Of a DNA stretch of 64,000 nucleotides, positions 53,374-60,554 are shown piece after piece. The notes under the pieces are model-generated. The model had not been told where the DNA came from and did not search any database. It saw nothing but the letters and a program-made list of their open reading frames with translations. Each line of letters begins with the position of its first letter. Position 1 is the first letter of the stretch. The DNA is from an uncultured Bacteroidales bacterium (GTDB lineage: Bacteria; Bacteroidota; Bacteroidia; Bacteroidales; VadinHA17): NCBI GenBank assembly GCA_963743775.1, contig CAVURA010000014.1, positions 129,758 through 193,757 of the forward strand. Direction: 5' to 3'. Position numbers and translations under genes: made by a program.

Positions 53374-53602
53374 TGTGGAAACGGCATTAAAAAAGAATAC
53401 TTCCGGAATATTTTGAGACAATTCTTAAGACGATTGTCAGGATTACGTGGAAAAACTGCTAACACCGGGCAAAATGTCTTGGTACAGTATGAACTGTTGT
53501 TATCTTTGCCGGAAGAATATTTAATTTGCAGTTCTTTTTAATCAAAAGGATAACAGATTATTTGAAATCAGAACTATTAATCAAACCAATAAAATCAATA
53601 AT

Positions 53603-54670
53603 ATGAAATTGAGAAACACAGCATTGCTCCTTGGTATGGCAGCATTGATAATTGCAATTATGCCGTCCTGTAACCAGGCACCGGCAAAGAAAAGTACAAA
53701 TTCCGGAATCGTTTATTACAGGAGCCTCCTGTTCAGCGAGACACCATACGACCTTGAAAGGGGTGTACGCGAGCTGACAGCTGAAGAGGCTTCAGACATC
53801 AACAGCTATAAGTTCGTTTATGACGATACGGGCAAACTGCTGTCAGTGGAGTTTGTAAGAGGTGAAGAACCACTTGGGTATTCCTCGATGGATGGGGCCG
53901 CAAAAATAACCTACGAATACCTGGACAATAAACAGATCAAACACTTCTTTGATGAGAATGGTCAGCAGATTGAGTCGGGAGGCGCTTATACATATGAGTA
54001 TACCCTTGATGAGAAAGGAAACAGGACAGGTCTTAAGTTTTTCGACAAAGACGGACAGCCGGTTGAGAACAGGAATAAGATCCATTCATGGGTATGGACA
54101 ATCCTGGATAACGGAATGGTGCAGGAAAAAAGATACAACCTCGCGAATGAAGAGACTATCATGAATCAGTTCTGTCCTTTCTATGAGCTGAGATTCTCTT
54201 ATAACGATAAGGGTTATGTCACCAGGATGGCCAATTATATGGGAGATACTCTCTATAACTGTACAGCTGAAAACTGCGGCGATATCGGTGTTTCTTACTT
54301 TGAGTTTGAACCGAATGAATTCGGTGACAACCAGAGCTTCTCGGTATACAATGCCACCGGCCAGATGTCAAATCTGTACTGGGGCTGGTCAAGAAGAGTG
54401 AGTAAATATGATGAGAACGGGTATGTTATGGAAACTGCAGTTTTTGACCAGGACAATGAATATGTTGGCGGCAAAAGTGTACCTGTAACCCAATATACCT
54501 TTGATAGCCACGGTGCGCTGATCGAAACCAGGAATATGGACAAGGACAGGAATATTATCAATAGTCCTGAAAATGGTGTTGCCATTACTGAGTTCAAATA
54601 TGATGAGAAAGGCAACCGCACTGAGACCCTCAGATATGACAAGGACAGGGTTGCTGTTGTAGCCGAGTAG
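53603..54670 (+). CDS. Lipoprotein built from YD/RHS-like repeats
   Basis: Lipobox IMPSC. At least 6 units of the form (Y/F)xYDxxG(N/Y)...(x)FDxDG, for example YEYTLDEKGNRTGLKFFDKDGQP and FKYDEKGNRTETLRYDKD. Confidence 0.55.
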   Translation: MKLRNTALLLGMAALIIAIMPSCNQAPAKKSTNSGIVYYRSLLFSETPYDLERGVRELTAEEASDINSYKFVYDDTGKLLSVEFVRGEEPLGYSSMDGAAKITYEYLDNKQIKHFFDENGQQIESGGAYTYEYTLDEKGNRTGLKFFDKDGQPVENRNKIHSWVWTILDNGMVQEKRYNLANEETIMNQFCPFYELRFSYNDKGYVTRMANYMGDTLYNCTAENCGDIGVSYFEFEPNEFGDNQSFSVYNATGQMSNLYWGWSRRVSKYDENGYVMETAVFDQDNEYVGGKSVPVTQYTFDSHGALIETRNMDKDRNIINSPENGVAITEFKYDEKGNRTETLRYDKDRVAVVAE

Positions 54671-54688
54671 ACGAGATCCGGATTGATC

Positions 54689-55723
54689 ATGGCCAATAAA
54701 TTAAAATATTTTGCTTTTTTCCTTTCACTGGTCGCAGTAATTGCGGCAGGGTGCACCGGAAAGAAAAGCGAAAAGAAACAGGAAGCAGTTAAGGAAGTGG
54801 CTGTCGCACCTGTCATTGGGCAGGAGACTCTGCTTCTGCTAAAGGATCTTGAAGAAAACGGTGATTATGTTAACAGCCAGTATTTCCCAAGTCTTATAAA
54901 AGCGTCAGTTGTAAATGATGAGCTTGGGAAAAATGACCTGATAGTTGATCTGAGGTCACCGGAGCTATTTTCCAAAGGCCATATAAAAGGTGCTGTAAAT
55001 ATAAACTTTAGCAAGCTTCCGGAATATTTTGAGACCGGCATCAAACCTTTCGAGTTCGATAAGATTATCATGGTTTGCGAAGACGGACAGGTATCAAGTT
55101 ATACCACGTCACTGCTCAGGATGATGGGATACGGCAATGTCTTTGCCATGCGATGGGGAATGTGCGGGTGGAACAGGAGTTTTGCAGAAGAGGGCTGGCT
55201 CAAAGGCGCATCCGGCAAATATGAGGATCGCCTGGAGACCGCCACCAATGAGACTCCGGAACCTGTTGGAATGCCTGAGCTTAATACGGGCTTCTCAACG
55301 GGAAAGGAGATCGGAGATGAAAGATTCAAAAAGCTCTTTGCAGCCGGCACGGGTGATATCCTGATAACTGCTGATGATGTCTTCAGTGATCCCGGGAAAT
55401 ATTTTGTAATTAACCTTGAACGGAAAGACAAATATGATGCCGGGCATATTCCGGGAGCCGTAAGGTACAAACCTGAATCAACCCTGGGCTTCACTGACAT
55501 GATGGCAACAATCCCTTCTGACAAAATAGTTGTAATCTACTGCGGAACTGGCCATAACTCGGGATTTGCAACTGCATTCCTGAGGCTTTTCGGTTATGAT
55601 GCCAGAACCCTGAAGTACGGCAACAACAGCTTTATGTACGATAAGATGGTAAAGGAAAAGAGCGCCCTGTCATGGCTGCCCTTTACACTTGCCGAATCGA
55701 ACGATTTCCAGGTAGTAAAATAA
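54689..55723 (+). CDS. Tandem-rhodanese lipoprotein (both domains keep the catalytic Cys)
   Basis: ATG at 54689. Lipobox IAAGC. Active-site loops are IIMVCEDGQVSS and VVIYCGTGHNSG. Confidence 0.8.
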   Translation: MANKLKYFAFFLSLVAVIAAGCTGKKSEKKQEAVKEVAVAPVIGQETLLLLKDLEENGDYVNSQYFPSLIKASVVNDELGKNDLIVDLRSPELFSKGHIKGAVNINFSKLPEYFETGIKPFEFDKIIMVCEDGQVSSYTTSLLRMMGYGNVFAMRWGMCGWNRSFAEEGWLKGASGKYEDRLETATNETPEPVGMPELNTGFSTGKEIGDERFKKLFAAGTGDILITADDVFSDPGKYFVINLERKDKYDAGHIPGAVRYKPESTLGFTDMMATIPSDKIVVIYCGTGHNSGFATAFLRLFGYDARTLKYGNNSFMYDKMVKEKSALSWLPFTLAESNDFQVVK

Positions 55724-55745
55724 TCAGGGGGTTATCATGCCCTAT

Positions 55746-55783
55746 AAATTCCGGTTTGCAGGATTTGCAGACCGGAATTTTTT
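55746..55783. terminator. Bidirectional hairpin terminator between convergent genes
   Basis: AAATTCCGGT (55746-55755) pairs with ACCGGAATTT (55771-55780) around a 15-nt loop. T-run on the plus strand and A-run on the other. Confidence 0.55.
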
Positions 55784-56204
55784 ATTGCAGTTCATTCTTA
55801 CTTGTATCCTGAATGATTAAGATATTTTTTATGCCCATCTCGCTGAGCACCATCCATACCCTGGCAGACACGGAGTTATCGTCAGAATAAAGGACGACGG
55901 GGCCCCTGTTCTTACTGATGAGTGAGAGGTTGGTTTTTTCGAGTATCGATTCGGGGTTCAAAATCAGGATCTTATCCTTTGGCAGCTCTATCCGCGGAGC
56001 TTCATTTCCCAGTACGACCAGCAGCATATCACTGCCCATGGTGCGAATCTGATCTGCAGTAACGATGTTTGAACGGAGAGCTGAAGGACCGGCCCACCTG
56101 GCGGCATCATATCTGAAATTATGACTGTAGGTCCTGATCAATACCAGGATAATCGCCAGAAGAGTTATTGAAAGAACGAGCCAATATCGTCTGAAGAATT
56201 TCAT
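55782..56204 (-). CDS. Membrane-anchored rhodanese-homology protein, catalytic Cys replaced (inactive type)
   Basis: N-terminal TM helix. The loop PVVLYSDDNSVSARV has Ser where the Cys is expected. Confidence 0.6.
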   Translation of the reverse strand: MKFFRRYWLVLSITLLAIILVLIRTYSHNFRYDAARWAGPSALRSNIVTADQIRTMGSDMLLVVLGNEAPRIELPKDKILILNPESILEKTNLSLISKNRGPVVLYSDDNSVSARVWMVLSEMGIKNILIIQDTSKNELQ

Positions 56205-56228
56205 CTGTTTATCCGTTTGGTTAATTTA

Positions 56229-56840
56229 TTATTCGCATCCGCCGTCAAGCTTTTTTGCAGAGAATTTTCTTGACTCCAGGAATTGTGTTTTAAGACTGTC
56301 AGGGAGGCTGTTCAGTTGGGTGAACATCTCTCCGGCGCGTCTTCTTGTTTCGAACAGGGCATTTTCCCTTGCCGTTATCCTGTCACCTGCAAATTTCGTC
56401 TCCATCACTGTCGTGATCCATTCAGTGATACCGCCTTCCATGACATAGCTGTTTTCATATCCCAGGCCTCTGGCATATACCAGTGCATAGTCCGCTTCGG
56501 TATCTTCCGCGGTATAGAAGATATTCCTGATCTTTTTATTGCCGAGCCAGGCTTCCGGATCTTTCCCGATGAACTCGGGATAGGGTATATTTACAGCTCC
56601 GGGGATTGCCTGTTTCCTGAATTCTTCCGGTGATCTGAGGTCTATCAGCTGAACCGTGTTGTCTTCCCTTACAATAAATTCCGCGACCTGATCAACGGTG
56701 AATGAGACATCCTCATTAAGGACCTCCGGAAGAAGCTGTCCGGGCTTTGCGGTAAAAGAGCGGTTGGCCGTGAGTGGCAGCAATGCCAGGATCAGGCTGA
56801 GGAGCAGGAGGAGGGCGGAAAATTCTTTTCTGATTTTCAT
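56229..56840 (-). CDS. Secreted rhodanese-homology protein, catalytic Cys replaced (inactive type)
   Basis: Signal peptide. LIDLRSPEEF...GAVNIP and EGGITEW motifs. The loop NIFYTAEDTEAD has Thr110 at the Cys position. The only Cys is the penultimate residue (..DGGCE). Confidence 0.65.
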   Translation of the reverse strand: MKIRKEFSALLLLLSLILALLPLTANRSFTAKPGQLLPEVLNEDVSFTVDQVAEFIVREDNTVQLIDLRSPEEFRKQAIPGAVNIPYPEFIGKDPEAWLGNKKIRNIFYTAEDTEADYALVYARGLGYENSYVMEGGITEWITTVMETKFAGDRITARENALFETRRRAGEMFTQLNSLPDSLKTQFLESRKFSAKKLDGGCE

Positions 56841-56849
56841 ACCTGTTAG

Positions 56850-57452
56850 TTATAAGTCGTTTGTTATTTCAGGCCGTGCGAATCTTTTTTCGGCCAGCTC
56901 GGCTATCCAGAACATGGCAACTGCTGCGGCTACCAACAAAAGAGTGAAGAGCCCCGGAGAGAGGCCCAGCGTCTCGTTGATCTTCACCGGTCCTTTATAC
57001 TGTGCATTAGCCAGCCCTTCAATCATCGGGTAAGATTCAGTGAAGAGAAATGCACCGGTAAATCCTCCCGCAACAAAGACCATGGCGTCGATCTTGCCGA
57101 TTGACATGGCACAAAGGCCTGTGCCGGGGCAAAACCCGCCCATGATGAAGCCGGCTCCCATTATTACTCCTCCAACTATGGATGCGGTGACATAAAACTC
57201 GTTTACGTATACCTGATTTAGGTTCAGCAGTCCCAGATAACTGAGGAACTGTGATCCGATAAGAGCAACTATTGCAGCTGTAAAAAATACTTTTATTACG
57301 GTGGCATCATATCCGTAAAACATGCCTGCCAGTTTCCTGCTCGAAGAGAATCCTGCCTGTTCAAGGGCAAACCCGAAGCCTGTCCCGATAAGCAATGCGG
57401 TCAGCATATTGAGCCATTCCGGGAAAGCAAAGTATGATGATAGTGGAGCCAT
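56850..57452 (-). CDS. YeeE/YedE-family sulfur-compound transporter half
   Basis: About 5 TM helices. Contains the conserved GGFCPGTG segment. Confidence 0.75.
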   Translation of the reverse strand: MAPLSSYFAFPEWLNMLTALLIGTGFGFALEQAGFSSSRKLAGMFYGYDATVIKVFFTAAIVALIGSQFLSYLGLLNLNQVYVNEFYVTASIVGGVIMGAGFIMGGFCPGTGLCAMSIGKIDAMVFVAGGFTGAFLFTESYPMIEGLANAQYKGPVKINETLGLSPGLFTLLLVAAAVAMFWIAELAEKRFARPEITNDL

Positions 57453-57508
57453 TTCGATTGAGTTGTGTGTTTTACTTTAACCTTTATCCTTAAACCATTA
57501 ACCTTCTC

Positions 57509-58018
57509 TCAGATCCAGTTTTTCCTGAAGAACCATGCAAAGGCAAATGCAGAGCCGAAGATGGCGATCATTGTCACGAACCCTGCCGTAGAGAGGACAG
57601 CCATGCCTGACAGTGCCGCACCGCTTGTACATCCCCTTGCCAGCTGACCGCCGTAGACAAACAGCACGCCTCCGAGAAATGCAAAAATCAGTCTCCGTGT
57701 GACAGATATCTTCGGCGATTTTTCCACTTTGAGTTTCAGTCTTCCCGAGACAGCACCGGAGATAAGACCTCCGGCAACCACCCCGAATATCTCAAGTGTC
57801 AGCCAGTTTGTAAGCGGCTTTTTGCCGTTCTCAAAATACTTTGAATAGTATGCTGAATTTTCCACATGCGGAGGATTGACGGCCCCGACTATCGATACGA
57901 CGCAGTATTTTATACCTCCGCTGGCACCGAGGCCGCGGCCTGAAACGACCATTGCCAGGAGGAGGACTATGCCAAGCAGAGTTCCTGCCAGGTAGGGATT
58001 CATGTAACTTCGTTTCAT
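57509..58018 (-). CDS. YeeE/YedE-family sulfur-compound transporter half
   Basis: Starts at the ATG at 58018 (MKRSYMNPYLAG...). Contains the conserved LARGCTSG segment. Confidence 0.75.
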   Translation of the reverse strand: MKRSYMNPYLAGTLLGIVLLLAMVVSGRGLGASGGIKYCVVSIVGAVNPPHVENSAYYSKYFENGKKPLTNWLTLEIFGVVAGGLISGAVSGRLKLKVEKSPKISVTRRLIFAFLGGVLFVYGGQLARGCTSGAALSGMAVLSTAGFVTMIAIFGSAFAFAWFFRKNWI

Positions 58019-58131
58019 AGTTGAAAGTTCTGGTGGTGAGTGTTCTTCAGATGACAAAAATAACAACTATCCATAGCTGGACAGATATATGGAAAGGAAA
58101 TATTTTACAGAGTTGTACTGTCAGATGGTTA

Positions 58132-59208
58132 TCAGGCCTTTCGGTTTTTGCTTTTATCAAAAGCTTCCAGACTTTTCGATACCTGAGCCTGACGCCTCAT
58201 CACAATCTTGTTTTCGATAATTGAATATAAAATCGATATTGCCAGCGTTGCCAGGATAACGGTGAATGAGAACCATGAATGATTTGAGAAAAACATACTG
58301 ACGGATTCAATGGCGCAGAGTATCATTTTTGCTCCTACAAAGAACAGGATAAAGCATATCCCGGTTTTCAGGTATTTGAATATTTTCAAAATCCCGTTCA
58401 GGGCGAAGAAAAGCGAAACAAGTCCCATGCAGGCAAACACATTGGATGTTATGGCCAGGAAGTTGCTTTCATTCAAAGTCAGGACCTGATTGCCTTCCTG
58501 AATTACCCCGATGACGGCAGGAACAGAATCGACTGCAAACATCACGTCGGTCGATCCAATCAGTAAAAATGTCAGCAGGAACGGCGTAATTGCAAATTTC
58601 CCGGCAATGCGTGAATGAAGTACAGGATTATGGTTGCCTGTGTCAACTGTGAATATTTTTTTGGCTGCCCGGATTAATAAATTTTTTTCCGGATCGATAG
58701 ATTCTTCATCATCCCCATCTTTGATCATCTTTACAGCCATGACTATCAGGAAAGCCCCGAAGAGGTAAATCAACCATTCAAACCTGTTAATCAGGCTCAT
58801 TCCAACCAGGATGAACAGGGTGCGGAATATGATGGAAAGCAAAATACCGAACTTCAGCAGTATCGGCTGAACATCCTCCCTTACTTTCATCATGGTAAAT
58901 ATCATAATGAAAACAAATAAGTTGTCAATAGACAGCATGTATTCAGTCAGATAGCCTGAAAAGAATTTCATTCCCATCATGCCCCTGGTAGTCAGGCCGG
59001 AATTTTCATTCTGCGGATAAAAGAAAGTAATGGCCAGGCCAAACATCAAAGCAACGCTGATCCATACGCCGGTCCATTTAAGCGCTGTCGCAATACTTAC
59101 TTCAGTATGCCTGTGCTTTGCAGCCTGCAGATCGATAATAAAACCAATGAAAAAAATTGCAATAAAAGCAATCCAAAATAAGAATTCCAGGTTCATAGCA
59201 AAGTACAT
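58132..59208 (-). CDS. TerC-family integral membrane protein
   Basis: YLTEYMLSIDNLFVF and a second (A)VDSVPAV half-repeat. About 9 TM helices. Confidence 0.85.
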   Translation of the reverse strand: MYFAMNLEFLFWIAFIAIFFIGFIIDLQAAKHRHTEVSIATALKWTGVWISVALMFGLAITFFYPQNENSGLTTRGMMGMKFFSGYLTEYMLSIDNLFVFIMIFTMMKVREDVQPILLKFGILLSIIFRTLFILVGMSLINRFEWLIYLFGAFLIVMAVKMIKDGDDEESIDPEKNLLIRAAKKIFTVDTGNHNPVLHSRIAGKFAITPFLLTFLLIGSTDVMFAVDSVPAVIGVIQEGNQVLTLNESNFLAITSNVFACMGLVSLFFALNGILKIFKYLKTGICFILFFVGAKMILCAIESVSMFFSNHSWFSFTVILATLAISILYSIIENKIVMRRQAQVSKSLEAFDKSKNRKA

Positions 59209-59331
59209 GATTGGAGGCCGCTAAAATAAACAACTGATCCATAAAAACAAGCTGCATTTGTCATGGTTACAATGATGTCTGCAGGGTCATACTGCCCTGG
59301 TCTGGCTTCCTCAAAAATTACAATTCAGGGT

Positions 59332-59339
59332 CAAAGATA
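59332..59339 (-). promoter_or_regulatory. Candidate -7 box (TATCTTTG) for terC
   Basis: Exact TAnnTTTG about 124 nt upstream of the terC ATG. This would imply a long leader. Confidence 0.25.
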
Positions 59340-59447
59340 TTCCGAAAGCAGTCAGAAAATGATTGATGATTAAGCATCAGTAGTACCTGCCGGAGGTCAA
59401 TCGTACTTTTTTCTTAAAGGTAATTTTATGGGAATTCCTGGAGAGAT

Positions 59448-59476
59448 GAAATAATAACAAAATCTGTTATTATTTC
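59448..59476. promoter_or_regulatory. Perfect 12-5-12 inverted repeat, candidate Rrf2 operator
   Basis: GAAATAATAACA (59448-59459), aaatc, then TGTTATTATTTC (59465-59476). It lies 39 nt upstream of the Rrf2 ATG in the terC/rrf2 divergent region. Confidence 0.5.
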
Positions 59477-59514
59477 AGAATTTATTTTTAAATTGCCATA
59501 CCGAGGTATCATTT

Positions 59515-59919
59515 ATGAATTTTGCAAAGACAACATCTTATTCACTAAATGTTTTAAGCTATCTGGCGAAACATGGGAACATCATAATGTCAGCCAGTTA
59601 CCTTCATAAGAAGCTTGGCATCCCGTACTCATATTTACGTCAGGTCCTCAGCGAACTTTCAAAGAAGGGATTTATTGACAGTACCAGAGGAAGCAGGGGA
59701 GGCTTTATCATAAGCAGGGACATATCCACCATTTACCTCTCTGACATAATTGAAGCTACCGAGGGAATGGATAGCTTTAACAGGTGTATCATGGGATTCA
59801 GTAAATGTCCATTCAATTACGGGTGTTCCATCCATCCGGTATGGGTGGAAATGAGAATGAATATTATTAACGTTCTTAAAAAAACATCATTAGCAGATTT
59901 AATAAAGATCAGGAAGTAA
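59515..59919 (+). CDS. Rrf2-family transcriptional regulator with three-Cys (Fe-S type) motif
   Basis: N-terminal wHTH (YSLNVLSYLA...SELSKKGFIDSTRGSRGGF). C91-x6-C98-x5-C104 sits at almost the same positions as the IscR/NsrR cluster ligands. Confidence 0.85.
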   Translation: MNFAKTTSYSLNVLSYLAKHGNIIMSASYLHKKLGIPYSYLRQVLSELSKKGFIDSTRGSRGGFIISRDISTIYLSDIIEATEGMDSFNRCIMGFSKCPFNYGCSIHPVWVEMRMNIINVLKKTSLADLIKIRK

Positions 59920-59959
59920 TAATATAAATCAAATTAAATAATTTTAAAAAAGAGATCAT

Positions 59960-60523
59960 ATGGTTGATTCCGAAATGGTTCTTACAGGGCAGGCAATTGC
60001 ATATACAATTTATTGTATTGTAATTATTCTGGTTGTTGCCTGGTTTGCATGGAAAATAACAGGCAACGGTAATGGCAAAGGGGTTAAACCGGCATTGTTT
60101 TATACTTTCGTCGGTTTTCTTACAGTCCTGGGTGTTTCATTGCATATCATAACGCTTAACACTATTCCCTGGACAAAAATGGATCTTAACAGGTCTGATT
60201 ATACACCTGACAAGTCATTTAACATCACAGTCAGAAACCATCAGTTCATTCTCCCCGAAGAAAAGATGGTGGTAAACGTCGATGACAAGGTACTCTTCGA
60301 TGTAACCTCAGACGACCTGACTTATGGCTTTGGTCTTTTCAGGGAAGACAACAGTATGTTGTTTCAGATGCAGGTTGTACCTGGACACCGGAATGACATT
60401 ATCTGGCACTTTGACCGGCCCGGCGTGTATACAATCAGGTCAACTGAATACTCCGGCCCCAAAGGAGCAGCAATGATAGTGAAAGGTGCGGTACAGGTAG
60501 TCCCGGGCAATGCTGCTAACTAA
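59960..60523 (+). CDS. Heme-copper oxidoreductase subunit II homolog (2 TM plus cupredoxin) with no CuA ligands
   Basis: Two N-terminal TM helices. The cupredoxin segment DVTSDDL aligns with DV(I)HSF. STEYSGPKGAAM aligns with the CuA loop CSE(I/L)CGxxHxxM, with both Cys changed to Ser and the His changed to Gly. Confidence 0.7.
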   Translation: MVDSEMVLTGQAIAYTIYCIVIILVVAWFAWKITGNGNGKGVKPALFYTFVGFLTVLGVSLHIITLNTIPWTKMDLNRSDYTPDKSFNITVRNHQFILPEEKMVVNVDDKVLFDVTSDDLTYGFGLFREDNSMLFQMQVVPGHRNDIIWHFDRPGVYTIRSTEYSGPKGAAMIVKGAVQVVPGNAAN

Positions 60524-60554
60524 GACGTTTAAAAATCTTTAAAACATTACGGAT

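Noticed and set aside
59209-59447. Possible yybP-ykoY (Mn2+) riboswitch in the long leader of the TerC-family gene
   Set aside because: TerC genes often carry this riboswitch, so I read the minus-strand leader. It contains AGCCAGACC and UUGAC segments vaguely like the 3' half of the motif, plus a repeated GACCCUG that could pair alternatively with CAGGG. I could not find the conserved GGGGAGUAG core or a convincing four-way junction. A covariance-model scan (Rfam yybP-ykoY) would settle it.
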